A stretch of DNA of 64,000 nucleotides from Spirochaetaceae bacterium (lineage in GTDB: Bacteria > Spirochaetota > Spirochaetia > DSM-2461): assembly GCA_016744925.1 (NCBI GenBank), contig JADGDJ010000002.1, positions 4,024 to 68,023 on the forward strand, read 5' to 3'. The notes below the pieces were generated by a model. It was given only the letters and a program-made list of their open reading frames with translations, did no database searches and was not told where the DNA came from. This document shows, piece after piece, positions 36,164 to 46,214 of this stretch; positions within the stretch are counted from its first letter, which is position 1; the number at the start of each line of letters is the position of its first letter. Position numbers and translations under genes: made by a program.

Positions 36164-36838
36164 ATGATAAAGTATAAAATTATTATATTTATATATGTAA
36201 GTCTTACAGTAAGTTTGTTCTCAAGTGAAAAAATAGAAGTAATGAATGGCAATATAATCAGACAGGGAACATCGGGAGAAGTAACACATCATTATTATTC
36301 TCGCGGAGAAGAGCTGGCAGCTTTTGAAACTGTCTTTTTAAACAACAGCGAATTAATTTTATATAAAACAGCCATCTATGAACTGGGTTTTACCGGTTCT
36401 TTGAGAAAGATTGACGATAAATTGGAAATTATAAGAGAAAAAAATGGAAAAGTAAGGACAAAAAGTATTAATTGGAAAGATAATATAGTTGTGGGTCCAA
36501 TGCTTTCCTATTTAATTAAAGACAATAATGAGCTATTGGCAAGCGGAGAAGTGCTTGAATTTCGTCTCCCTTATTTCGATATTATGACACTCATTCCCAT
36601 GAAATTAAAGGCTGTCAAAGGATATGAGGATGGGGTCAGTGAGACATTTGCCATTGAGATGACGTTGAAGAGCCCCCTGCTTAGATTGCTGATAGATCCA
36701 GTGGAATTGATTTTAAACAGGGAGAATGGTTCGGTCATACAAATTCATGGACCAACCATACTTCCCGAACCTGGTCAGAGTAATCCCAATAAGCTAGTTG
36801 ATGCAGAGACTTTTTATTCATATGGAGGCGCAATGTGA
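36164..36838 (+). CDS. hypothetical exported protein
   Basis: AGGAG RBS, N-terminal signal peptide, 224 aa; GTGA overlap with next gene. Confidence 0.7.
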   Translation: MIKYKIIIFIYVSLTVSLFSSEKIEVMNGNIIRQGTSGEVTHHYYSRGEELAAFETVFLNNSELILYKTAIYELGFTGSLRKIDDKLEIIREKNGKVRTKSINWKDNIVVGPMLSYLIKDNNELLASGEVLEFRLPYFDIMTLIPMKLKAVKGYEDGVSETFAIEMTLKSPLLRLLIDPVELILNRENGSVIQIHGPTILPEPGQSNPNKLVDAETFYSYGGAM

Positions 36839-37635
36839 TAATTTTTTTGAGCAGACAGCCAATTTTGGTGTCACTACTTATAAGCGTAGGTATTAATCTT
36901 TTTTTCTTTTTAATTGCTTTTTCTTTTAAAACAGATCAGGTTACAGACCTTTCGTACAGTCTATCCTTTTTTGTTCTCGCACCAGTACTTTTAGTTGCCA
37001 GCGGTGGAGGTTTTGCACCGCAGCAGCTGGTAATGACTCTTGCCATCATGCTCTGGGGATTCCGATTGGGTTCCTATCTCTTTGCACGAATATTGATCAC
37101 GAAAACTGACGACCGATTTGATGATAAAAGGAATAACCCGGTCAATCTCATTCGTTTCTGGTTGTTACAGACAATAGCCGTTTGGGTCATTATGCTTCCC
37201 TTCTCTCTCTTTTTAACCAACAGGAATATGGAGTCCCAAAGTCTGCTTATGTACTTGGGATTCGCTATCTTTATTATTGGGTTTGTTGTGGAAACCATAA
37301 GCGACTCACAAAAATTTCAATTCAAGAGAAAAGTTGAAAATAAAGGGAAGTGGATGCAGGCCGGATTGTGGAAATACTCGAGACACCCCAATTATTTTGG
37401 AGAAATCCTTGTATGGTGGGGGTTGTTTGTCGTCGTTCTTCCCTATTTGCAGGGTTTTTTATACTTGTCTGTATTGGGGCCTGTATTTCTTACTATACTA
37501 TTGCTTTTTGTCAGCGGGATTCCCCTCCTGGAGAAAGGTGCTGATAAGAAATATGGGGGAAATCCCGAATATATCTCATATCGTGATAATACCAGTCTAT
37601 TGATTCCAATGCCTCTAAAATCGGGAAAAGGGTAA
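36835..37635 (+). CDS. DUF1295 (steroid 5-alpha-reductase-like) membrane protein
   Basis: TDLSYSLSF, WGFRLGSYLF.RI, DDRFD, GLWKYSRHPNYFGE, SGIPLLEK. Confidence 0.92.
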   Translation: MIIFLSRQPILVSLLISVGINLFFFLIAFSFKTDQVTDLSYSLSFFVLAPVLLVASGGGFAPQQLVMTLAIMLWGFRLGSYLFARILITKTDDRFDDKRNNPVNLIRFWLLQTIAVWVIMLPFSLFLTNRNMESQSLLMYLGFAIFIIGFVVETISDSQKFQFKRKVENKGKWMQAGLWKYSRHPNYFGEILVWWGLFVVVLPYLQGFLYLSVLGPVFLTILLLFVSGIPLLEKGADKKYGGNPEYISYRDNTSLLIPMPLKSGKG

Positions 37636-37638
37636 TAA

Positions 37639-38274
37639 ATGATTTACCTGATAGTGGTTTCTGCGTATTTACTGGGGTCAGTCTCCTTTGCTCTAATCGC
37701 AGGATTTATAATCTGCGGTGAAGATCTCAGATTAAAAGGGAGCGGCAATGCCGGTGCGACAAATGTCTTCAGAGTTCTCGGTTGGAAAATAGCCCTTCCT
37801 GTTCTTCTCGTGGACTTCTTGAAGGGGTTCCTCCCGGTTTTTTTAGCTCCATCAATTATGTCTGTTTTTTCTCTTGCTGAGTTGCCACTATCAATATTTC
37901 AAATAGTTCTTTTGTTCTCTCTTGTGCTGGGACATGTCTTTCCAATCTGGTTCAGGTTTAATGGCGGGAAGGGTGTAGCGACAGCAGCAGGGGGAGTATC
38001 GGCCCTTTTCCCGCCTGCAGCACCAATTTGTCTCTTTGTATTTATTTTAGTTATTGCAATAACCCGTTATGTATCTCTGGCATCTCTTATCTCTGCCTTT
38101 TTTCTCCCTATTATATACAGTGTCTTTATGATTCTAACGAAAGGAGATTTCTCTCTTGTAAAACTCGCGTTCTTTATTGCGATCGCCACTTTGATAATCA
38201 TTTTACACCGATCGAATATTGTGAGATTGATTAGGGGAGAAGAGAATCAAGTAGAATGGAGGCACGGAAGATGA
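37639..38274 (+). CDS. plsY: acyl-phosphate:glycerol-3-phosphate acyltransferase
   Basis: YLLGS, GSGNAGATNVFR, GHVFP...GGKGVAT, YVSLASL, HRSNI.RL. Confidence 0.93.
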   Translation: MIYLIVVSAYLLGSVSFALIAGFIICGEDLRLKGSGNAGATNVFRVLGWKIALPVLLVDFLKGFLPVFLAPSIMSVFSLAELPLSIFQIVLLFSLVLGHVFPIWFRFNGGKGVATAAGGVSALFPPAAPICLFVFILVIAITRYVSLASLISAFFLPIIYSVFMILTKGDFSLVKLAFFIAIATLIIILHRSNIVRLIRGEENQVEWRHGR

Positions 38275-38314
38275 AAGAGATTTTAAAAGAAGAAATCGAA
38301 AAAGGAGTTTTTCA

Positions 38315-39127
38315 ATGAAAAAAATAATAATTGTTGTGGCAATAATGCTGGGCTTTTCCAGTTTGGTGATTTCTCAGAACAATATCGAATTGGATTTGTC
38401 TGCGGAGTTCGGTTTTACGGGGATCATTAAACATGTCATCCAATCAGGTACAACATCTGATAAAGGAGATGTCTTTGATTATGTCTCCCAGGGCAATCAG
38501 GATACTCTAATTCCATTTTCTCGATTTGAAGCTGATCTTTCGCTGAATCAAAGGCATCATGTGATACTTCTCTATCAGCCCCTTACAATAAAGACCCAGG
38601 CCCCCATAGGAGGGAATTTCACTTTTGATGGGGTGGACTACACTCCTGCCGATGGGTTTCTGGATTTAACCTATGCCTTTGATTTTTGGAGATTCTCCTA
38701 TTTGTTTGATATTATACAGCCTGATGGATTTTTCCTCAGCACCGGTTTATCCCTTCAGATTCGCAATGCATCCATCGTCTTCAGAGCTGGTGAAAATGGG
38801 TTGGGATCTGTTACTGACAATATAGGTCCTGTTCCCATTTTAAAAATGAGAGTGGGTTATGAGTGGGGTAATGGAATTTTCCTTATGTTCGACGGAGACG
38901 GATTTTATGCGAGTAATAAATTCTTTAATGGCGCGGAATATCCTTTTACAGGTTATATTTACGACCTTTCTTTCCGGGGAGGGTATCGATTCGATGACAG
39001 ATTGACTTCTTTTATAAACGCCCGATTTCTTGGGGGGGGCGCCGAAGGGACAAATGATGTGGGTGAATATACTTTTAATGATCTGCATACTTTCGGCTTG
39101 TCTTTGGGTTTGACTTATCATCTTTAG
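38315..39127 (+). CDS. hypothetical exported protein, probable outer-membrane beta-barrel
   Basis: Signal peptide, alternating aromatic/hydrophobic strands, C-terminal GLSLGLTYHL. Confidence 0.65.
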   Translation: MKKIIIVVAIMLGFSSLVISQNNIELDLSAEFGFTGIIKHVIQSGTTSDKGDVFDYVSQGNQDTLIPFSRFEADLSLNQRHHVILLYQPLTIKTQAPIGGNFTFDGVDYTPADGFLDLTYAFDFWRFSYLFDIIQPDGFFLSTGLSLQIRNASIVFRAGENGLGSVTDNIGPVPILKMRVGYEWGNGIFLMFDGDGFYASNKFFNGAEYPFTGYIYDLSFRGGYRFDDRLTSFINARFLGGGAEGTNDVGEYTFNDLHTFGLSLGLTYHL

Positions 39128-39135
39128 GTGTAATT

Positions 39136-39585
39136 ATGCGATTGTGGACATTAGACCCTTCATATCTCGATCCAAAGGGATTAGTTGCTCTTTGGAGAGA
39201 GACACTCCTTGCGCAGAAAGTTCTTCAAGGTAAAACAAGAGGGTATACTAATCACCCTCAACTTGTGAGGTTCAAAGAATGCGGCAATCCCCTGGGAGCC
39301 ATTGCCGAATACCTGTGGATTATACTGAATGAATCCGAGAAACGCGGTTATCACTTTGATCGAAGTAAAATTAGTAGTGAGAAGTTCATCGGTTTAATAG
39401 ATGTGAGTGATTCACAGATAGAGTTTGAAATAGACCATTTGGCCGCGAAATTAAAAATCAGGAACTCACAGTTTTATGAACGGCTTGAGTCAGTATCAAC
39501 TCTTACAATTTTGATAGCTCCATTATTCAACAAGATCGAGGGCTCTAGGGAATCATGGGAGAAAGGTGAATTGGCTAAGGATTAG
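39136..39585 (+). CDS. pyrimidine dimer DNA glycosylase / T4 endonuclease V family
   Basis: MRLWTL.P.YLD.KGLVALWRE.LLAQKVLQG.TRGY.NHPQL.RF...E..KRGYHFD signature. Confidence 0.88.
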   Translation: MRLWTLDPSYLDPKGLVALWRETLLAQKVLQGKTRGYTNHPQLVRFKECGNPLGAIAEYLWIILNESEKRGYHFDRSKISSEKFIGLIDVSDSQIEFEIDHLAAKLKIRNSQFYERLESVSTLTILIAPLFNKIEGSRESWEKGELAKD

Positions 39586-39703
39586 AGATTGGCAGGATAA
39601 TTGAAAGAATCCAGAGAGTTCCCATTGAAAATCCTTCATTTATTTCATATCATAATTCCTCCAAACAGTTAAATAAATCCAAATTTTATATACAGGTAGT
39701 ACA

Positions 39704-41227
39704 ATGGCAAAAAACAACAAGACAGCAATCAGCCCCAGAAGGGACGAAGATTATCCCATCTGGTATCAGGAAGTGATCAAAGCCGCCGAGATGGCCGAGA
39801 ACAGCGATGTCCGCGGGTGTATGGTAATCAAACCCTGGGGATATACAATCTGGGAGAATATGCAGCGGGAATTGGACGATATGTTCAAGGAAACAGGTCA
39901 TAAGAATGCCTATTTTCCTCTTTTTATCCCTCTGAGTTATCTCCAGAAAGAAGCTGATCACGTTGAAGGTTTTGCGACTGAATGCGCCGTTGTCACTCAC
40001 CATAAACTCACTAAAAATGCAGAGGGAACTCTTGTTCCCGACGGAGCCCTCGATGAGCCTCTTATCGTCAGACCCACCAGTGAAACCATAATCGGTGCCA
40101 CTTTCGCCAAATGGGTTAACTCTTATAGAGATCTTCCTATTCTAATCAATCAATGGGCCAATGTCGTCCGTTGGGAGAGAAGAACCCGACTGTTCCTCAG
40201 AACAGCGGAGTTCCTCTGGCAGGAGGGACACACAGTGCATGCAACTAAAGAGGAAGCTGTAGAAGAAACGCTCAAAATGCTCAATGTGTACAAAGATTTT
40301 GCTGAAAATATTCTGGCCGTTCCCGTCATTACCGGTGAGAAAAGTGAATCAGAGAGATTCCCCGGAGCCGTCTCCACTTATTCTATCGAAGCTATGATGC
40401 AGGATAGAAAAGCTCTACAGGCGGGTACTTCCCATTTTCTCGGCCAGAAATTCGCCAAAGCATCAGGCATTAAATTTCAGTCTAAAGACACGAAAGAAGA
40501 ATACGCATGGACAACCTCATGGGGCGTTTCCACCAGACTTATCGGAGCGTTGATTATGACTCACTCCGACGATAACGGACTGGTTTTACCTCCAAGAATT
40601 GCATCGGCTCATATCGTATTCCTCCCCATCTACAAAACCGATGAAGAGAGAGAAACTGTTCTCAAATACATCGAAGATACCAAAGCCGGAATCAAAGAGC
40701 ACGGACGATTCCACGAAAGACATCTTGTAATGGAAGTTGACGATAGAGATTTGAGAGGCGGTGAGAAAAACTGGTACTGGATTAAAAAAGGGGTTCCTCT
40801 GAAAGTGGAAGTCGGAATGAGAGATATTGAAAAGAACTCACTGGCTGTATTGAGAAGAGATAATCCGGAATTGAAAAAAGACTTTATCGATAGAGATAAT
40901 TTTGTCCGGGATATTCATACAACTCTCGATGATATTCAGAACACACTCTTTGAAAGAGCAAAAAAATACCGCGATGATAATACTCATGTCTTTGATGATA
41001 AAGATGAATTTGAAGCATTTTTCACCGCTGAAAACAAAAAGAAACCGGAAATTCACGGGGGATTTGCTTTATCTCACTGGTGTGGTTCTGTTCAGTGTGA
41101 AGAGGAGCTGCAGGAGCTTAAGATCTCCATCAGAAATATCCCTCTCGACGGAAAAGAGGAATCTGGTAAATGTATTCATTGCGGTAAGGACAGTATCAAG
41201 CGCGTAGTATTTGCCAAAGCATATTGA
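39704..41227 (+). CDS. proS: proline--tRNA ligase (archaeal/eukaryotic type)
   Basis: VRGCMVIKPWG, RPTSET, NQWANVVRWE, EFLWQEGHT, QAGTSHFLGQ, SWGVSTR, C-terminal FAKAY. Confidence 0.97.
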   Translation: MAKNNKTAISPRRDEDYPIWYQEVIKAAEMAENSDVRGCMVIKPWGYTIWENMQRELDDMFKETGHKNAYFPLFIPLSYLQKEADHVEGFATECAVVTHHKLTKNAEGTLVPDGALDEPLIVRPTSETIIGATFAKWVNSYRDLPILINQWANVVRWERRTRLFLRTAEFLWQEGHTVHATKEEAVEETLKMLNVYKDFAENILAVPVITGEKSESERFPGAVSTYSIEAMMQDRKALQAGTSHFLGQKFAKASGIKFQSKDTKEEYAWTTSWGVSTRLIGALIMTHSDDNGLVLPPRIASAHIVFLPIYKTDEERETVLKYIEDTKAGIKEHGRFHERHLVMEVDDRDLRGGEKNWYWIKKGVPLKVEVGMRDIEKNSLAVLRRDNPELKKDFIDRDNFVRDIHTTLDDIQNTLFERAKKYRDDNTHVFDDKDEFEAFFTAENKKKPEIHGGFALSHWCGSVQCEEELQELKISIRNIPLDGKEESGKCIHCGKDSIKRVVFAKAY

Positions 41228-41228
41228 T

Positions 41229-44200
41229 ATGGGACAGCAGTTTCTGTTTGACGACTTCGAACTGGAAGTTGCAGAAGTTGCCGGTCCGAAAGTTAAATCA
41301 AAAAAGAGATCTCTCAAGAAAAAAATTAAAGAGGATGTGAAGGAAAATCTTCACGTCTCTCTTTTTGATGATCTTCCCCTTTTTTCAGAGCTTACCGCTT
41401 TAAAAGAGTCTTCCAATGTAAAAGAAAAACCACTGCGGGAGACTTCACTCCCCAATGATAGAGATCCAGATCCAGATCCTGCAACTGTAGTTAAGCCTAA
41501 ACCGGACATGCTTGCAGATAACGAGCCTTATCAGACTGAAGTCCTTTTACGGGAAAAAATTGATGAACCTGTTGAAATAGTTGGACAGAATCCAGAGCCG
41601 GAAAAATCACCATGGTCCAACGCCTTTGTGGTTGAGCCTGACTTTTTCACAGACACCATGACCAGAGGGCTTTCTATCACTCCTTATCATCTGAATAATT
41701 ATCCCGGTGAGGATGAAAATCCTCTGTGCAAATGGGGCACATCAGATGATACGGATCCCCTCAATAAAAGTGAAAATGCCTTTTTGAAACTGATGAGAAA
41801 GAACAAAGAGCTTTTTCGTCTCTCTTCGGTGTTTGATTCGGGATATTTGAACGATATCAGTTGCTTTTATTATTACGACTATAGGGGAATTAGAGAGATC
41901 ACTGTAAAAGAGATCACAGAAACTCATATCAGCTTTCTGTTTTACGATCATAAATCAGGGGATCCTTTCTATATGCCTCAGATCACCTTTTCTGATGGAG
42001 TCAGCTCATCGAGAACCCTCTTTCTCCCTCATGAGTTTTATGAGGAAAATGGTCTTTTTTATCTTTTTGATATGCATAGTGACACCATTTTTTATTTGCG
42101 GGAAGTCAATGAGGCTTCGGAATATCTGGTTCGATTTTTCGCCGAAAGCACTTCGATGAGTGAATACGAGATTATTGAACTTTCCGATGAAGTCGGCCGG
42201 GGATTGCCTGAAGGTATCACTGTTGAACTGCCTCAGAACAGAATAGAATATCTGGATCTTGAACCTGTGCCTATAATGGAATTTTCCGAAAGGGGACGCA
42301 AATCGAGGATTTCACTCTTCTTCAGATATCTGGATAGGGAATTCGCCTTCCGACAGAGTGCTACCACCTCTTTTATCTCAGATAAGACCGATGAAAAAAC
42401 GACCATAGTTAATCGAAACAGCGATTATGAATTATTTGCATTTAACCTTTTCTGTGAGATTATCGGCGACAAAATTATTTATAGCGATCTCGATTTCAAA
42501 GACGGTTTTACTTTTGAATTTAAAAGCTCCGTTGATAAAATGCTTCTCTATTTTGGTGAAACTCTTATCAGAGAGGGTGTTGAACTTCGCAGGCGAGGCA
42601 CAAAACAGAAGATAAAAATGGCAGCGGGATTCTCTTTTAAGGTGAATAAAAACTCTGACTGGCTGGACATTAAAACTCAAATCCGCGATGAGGAGGGAAA
42701 ACTCGATACTCCGGTTTTTGAAAGTTTCACTCCCGGTGACCCGTTGTTGAAGGGGCGGGGTGCATTTTACCTTATCCGGAAGTCCGATTTGGAGAAACTG
42801 GAACAATTGAGAAATATGGGGATGGATGATGCAGGTGAACTCTCTCTCTCTTCGTATAATCTGGGCATGATAGATGTACTCTATGAGGAAATTGAAAACC
42901 GCGATGATGTCGAGGTTAAAAGATTGGGTAATGCCATCGCCGGTTTGCAGAACTTCGATCAGATCGAGGAGATTCTCCCTCCGGATGGATTGCATGCCGA
43001 GCTTCGACACTACCAGCAGGCAGGTCTCAACTGGCTTTGTTTTCTCAACCGCTATAATCTCAATGGTTGTCTTGCCGATGATATGGGTTTAGGGAAAACC
43101 ATACAGACTCTTGCTCTGCTTATGAAACTCAAAGAAGAGGGAAAACTGGAAAACGCGCTCATAGTAGTTCCTGTCAGCACCATGCCCAACTGGCAGGATG
43201 AAGCGGCCAGATTTACTCCTGAACTTAAAACACTCCGGCATTACGGCTCTGGGCGGGCTAAGACTGAGCTGGAACTGCAAGACGAAAATCTTATCCTTGT
43301 AAGTTTTCACACCTTGCGAAATGATATTGAGCTTTTTGCTTCCATGGAATTCTCTTATTTGATTCTCGATGAAGCACAGAATATTAAAAATGCCTCTTCT
43401 CAGATATTTAAAAGTGTCAAACTCATCAACGCAAAACATCGTCTCTCTCTTACGGGAACCCCTATTGAGAACAACACTATGGATTTGTGGTCTCAATTTG
43501 ACTTTCTCAACCCTGGGCTACTCAGTTCTGCGGAACAGTTTAAGAGGCGCTTTGCCCGACCTATTGAGGATAATAATGATGAAGGGGCAACTGATCTTTT
43601 GAGAAAGATTGTCTTTCCCTTTATCCTTCGTCGGAAGAAAGAAGATGTCGCTAAAGATCTGCCCGAAAAAGAGGAGATTATCCAGCATATAGAACTGGGA
43701 CTTGAGCAGAGAAAACTCTACAATGAAATCCGTCAATCCTACAGAGATCGAATTCAGGATTCCGTCGATGATAAAGGTGTTTCCGGCTCTCAAATGGTTA
43801 TTTTTGAGGCATTGCTCCGTCTGAGGCAAGCGGCGAATTTCCCCTCAATGGTCTCCCGGGAATACAAGCACATCATCTCAGCTAAATTTGAATTGCTCAA
43901 AGATCTCATCAAAGAGATCATTACGGAAAATCATAAAATCCTGATCTTTTCTCAATTTGTTAAATCGCTGACAATAATAAGAGAGTTCCTTGATTTGAGC
44001 GGGATAAATTATTCTTACCTTGACGGACAGACAAAAAACCGTGCTGAACAGATTAATAATTTCCAGAAAATGGAAGACAATTCTGTTTTTCTCATAAGTC
44101 TTAAAGCAGGGGGAGTGGGGATAAATCTGACTGCTGCCGATTATGTTGTTCTATTTGATCCCTGGTGGAATCCCGCTATAGAAGCACAGGCTATAGCCAG

Positions 44201-44384
44201 AAGCCACAGGATTGGGCAGCAAAATAAGGTTATCGCCTATAAATTCATTGCAAAAGACACGGTGGAGGATAAAATTCTTGAAATGCAGAACCGCAAAAAA
44301 ATGTTAATTGAGGATGTAGTATCCACAGAGAGCAGTTTTTTCAAGTCTCTTGGAAAGGACGATATCGTCAATCTCTTCAGTTAG
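41229..44384 (+). CDS. SNF2-family helicase/ATPase
   Basis: LADDMGLGKT, ILDEAQNIKN, LTGTPIEN, LRRKKEDV, SLKAGGVGINLT, DPWWNPA, RSHRIGQ; start likely ATG 41229. Confidence 0.92.
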   Translation: MGQQFLFDDFELEVAEVAGPKVKSKKRSLKKKIKEDVKENLHVSLFDDLPLFSELTALKESSNVKEKPLRETSLPNDRDPDPDPATVVKPKPDMLADNEPYQTEVLLREKIDEPVEIVGQNPEPEKSPWSNAFVVEPDFFTDTMTRGLSITPYHLNNYPGEDENPLCKWGTSDDTDPLNKSENAFLKLMRKNKELFRLSSVFDSGYLNDISCFYYYDYRGIREITVKEITETHISFLFYDHKSGDPFYMPQITFSDGVSSSRTLFLPHEFYEENGLFYLFDMHSDTIFYLREVNEASEYLVRFFAESTSMSEYEIIELSDEVGRGLPEGITVELPQNRIEYLDLEPVPIMEFSERGRKSRISLFFRYLDREFAFRQSATTSFISDKTDEKTTIVNRNSDYELFAFNLFCEIIGDKIIYSDLDFKDGFTFEFKSSVDKMLLYFGETLIREGVELRRRGTKQKIKMAAGFSFKVNKNSDWLDIKTQIRDEEGKLDTPVFESFTPGDPLLKGRGAFYLIRKSDLEKLEQLRNMGMDDAGELSLSSYNLGMIDVLYEEIENRDDVEVKRLGNAIAGLQNFDQIEEILPPDGLHAELRHYQQAGLNWLCFLNRYNLNGCLADDMGLGKTIQTLALLMKLKEEGKLENALIVVPVSTMPNWQDEAARFTPELKTLRHYGSGRAKTELELQDENLILVSFHTLRNDIELFASMEFSYLILDEAQNIKNASSQIFKSVKLINAKHRLSLTGTPIENNTMDLWSQFDFLNPGLLSSAEQFKRRFARPIEDNNDEGATDLLRKIVFPFILRRKKEDVAKDLPEKEEIIQHIELGLEQRKLYNEIRQSYRDRIQDSVDDKGVSGSQMVIFEALLRLRQAANFPSMVSREYKHIISAKFELLKDLIKEIITENHKILIFSQFVKSLTIIREFLDLSGINYSYLDGQTKNRAEQINNFQKMEDNSVFLISLKAGGVGINLTAADYVVLFDPWWNPAIEAQAIARSHRIGQQNKVIAYKFIAKDTVEDKILEMQNRKKMLIEDVVSTESSFFKSLGKDDIVNLFS

Positions 44385-44386
44385 AT

Positions 44387-44419
44387 AAAAAAGGATTCAC
44401 CTGAAACGGTGAATCCTTT
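44387..44419. terminator. bidirectional intrinsic terminator
   Basis: AAAGGATTCACC-TGAAAC-GGTGAATCCTTT. Confidence 0.8.
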
Positions 44420-44440
44420 CAAAACCGGTGTTCAGCAGTT

Positions 44441-45031
44441 TTATCTCATAAAACCGAGAGGCAGAACAACCCGACCGTAGAGTTCGTTCAGAATCTCTGC
44501 GATTGCTGTGTACATTGCGCTTAACCCGCAGAAGATACCAACATATCCCGCTATTATTCCTATGCTCGCGATTTCTGTAAAATCTTTAATGGCGAGAAGG
44601 AAAAAGAGTATAGTCAGTGATCCGAAAACGACCTGCAGTGCTCTTGTCAGCTTAAGAGTTCCGATGAACATGCAACCTGTAAAGATTCCCCACATGAGAA
44701 GGTAGAATCCCATTGAAAGTGAATTGGATGCCTCGGCTAATCCCATTTTAGGAAGGATGAGCAGTGCTACAAATGAAAGCCAGAAAGCTCCGTAGGAAGT
44801 AAAAGCAGTTGCGGCAAAGGTGTTGCCTTTTTTCTGTTCGTTTAAACCGGCAAAGATCTGTGCGAGACCTCCGAAGAATATACCCATGGCAAGAATCATA
44901 GAGTTGAGTTCAAAGACGCCGATATTGTGGATATTCAGTAAAACTGTTGTCATACCGAATCCCATTAATCCCAGTGGTCCCGGGTTTGCTGTTGAATCAA
45001 GAATCATTCTTGCTTCTGATGTTGTGGACAT
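44441..45031 (-). CDS. satP: acetate/succinate transporter, GPR1/FUN34/YaaH family
   Basis: [30 protein letters not shown]. Confidence 0.92.
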   Translation of the reverse strand: MSTTSEARMILDSTANPGPLGLMGFGMTTVLLNIHNIGVFELNSMILAMGIFFGGLAQIFAGLNEQKKGNTFAATAFTSYGAFWLSFVALLILPKMGLAEASNSLSMGFYLLMWGIFTGCMFIGTLKLTRALQVVFGSLTILFFLLAIKDFTEIASIGIIAGYVGIFCGLSAMYTAIAEILNELYGRVVLPLGFMR

Positions 45032-45134
45032 TAAATTTCTCCTATAAACCGCACAATACAGAAATTTTGATTTTTTTAGAATATCTCGAGCTCTAATTGT
45101 TGAAAATTAATTAGCTTTTCTGCTAGAATATGAT

Positions 45135-45147
45135 ATTATCAGACAAT
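45135..45147. promoter_or_regulatory. putative purine-regulon operator, copy 3
   Basis: ATTATCAGACAAT between divergent satP and carbamate kinase. Confidence 0.6.
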
Positions 45148-45206
45148 CATACTTTAATTTCGCAAATGATAATTAATATTAATAAAAATACAGGAGGACA
45201 GTCTTT

Positions 45207-46157
45207 ATGGAAAATAAACTGGCTGTTATTGCTATCGGTGGTAACTCTCTCATCGCGGATAAAGAACATCAGACAGTTGCGGATCAGTATTCTGCAATCT
45301 GTACAACTGCGCAACATATAGTGGATTTAATTGAGGGGGGATACAGCGTTGTCGTCACTCATGGAAATGGTCCTCAGGTAGGATTCATTTTAAGAAGATC
45401 TGAAATCGCTCATGAATCAGCGGGAATGCACAGCGTTCCCCTTGTCAGTTGTGGAGCCGATACTCAGGGAGCCATTGGCTACCAGATTCAGCAGGCTATG
45501 GACAATGAGTTCAAAAAAAGAGGCATGGACCAGAGCGCGGTCACAGTCGTTACACAGGTCGAAGTGGATAAAAACGACCAGGCTTTTGTAACACCGACTA
45601 AACCGATCGGTACTTTTTACAGTGAAGAGCAGATGGAGACAATTAAAAAAGAACATCCCGACTGGAACATGGTTTCCGATGCAGGACGAGGATTCAGAAG
45701 AGTCGTAGCATCGCCGAAGCCCCAAATCATTGTTGAGAAAAAAGCAATCAATACGCTTATCGATGCTGGATTTAATGTCATAGCTGTCGGTGGCGGCGGT
45801 ATTCCCGTTGTTAAGGAAGATGATAAATATGTGGGAGTCGATGCGGTTATTGACAAAGATTTTGCCACCAGTCTTCTCGCGGCAGAACTGAATGCAGATC
45901 TCCTCATCATCTCTACCGGAGTACCTCAGGTCGCATTGAACTTCAACACTCCTGAAGAGAAAAAACTGCAAAACGTAGGTCTTGATGAGATTAAACAGTA
46001 TATGAAAGAGGGGCACTTTGCTCCGGGAAGTATGCTACCTAAAATAGAAGCTGTTGTCAGCTTTATAGAAAAAGGCGGTAAGAAGGCGATTATTACCGAT
46101 CCCGAACATATAAAATTAGCAGTTGCTGGTAAAACAGGAACTCACATCGTAAAATAA
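45207..46157 (+). CDS. arcC: carbamate kinase (YqeA/ArcC)
   Basis: AIGGNSL, THGNGPQVG, PTKPIG, GFRRVVASP, GGGGIPV, AVIDKD, GSMLPK. Confidence 0.95.
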   Translation: MENKLAVIAIGGNSLIADKEHQTVADQYSAICTTAQHIVDLIEGGYSVVVTHGNGPQVGFILRRSEIAHESAGMHSVPLVSCGADTQGAIGYQIQQAMDNEFKKRGMDQSAVTVVTQVEVDKNDQAFVTPTKPIGTFYSEEQMETIKKEHPDWNMVSDAGRGFRRVVASPKPQIIVEKKAINTLIDAGFNVIAVGGGGIPVVKEDDKYVGVDAVIDKDFATSLLAAELNADLLIISTGVPQVALNFNTPEEKKLQNVGLDEIKQYMKEGHFAPGSMLPKIEAVVSFIEKGGKKAIITDPEHIKLAVAGKTGTHIVK

Positions 46158-46214
46158 TATGTGAAGCGTACAGTATTGTATTAAATAGTTTGTAAAATAA
46201 TAGGAGTATATTTA

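Noticed and set aside
41229-44384. SNF2 helicase as part of an anti-phage system
   Set aside because: Coupled to proS with no methylase, nuclease or other defence gene nearby.
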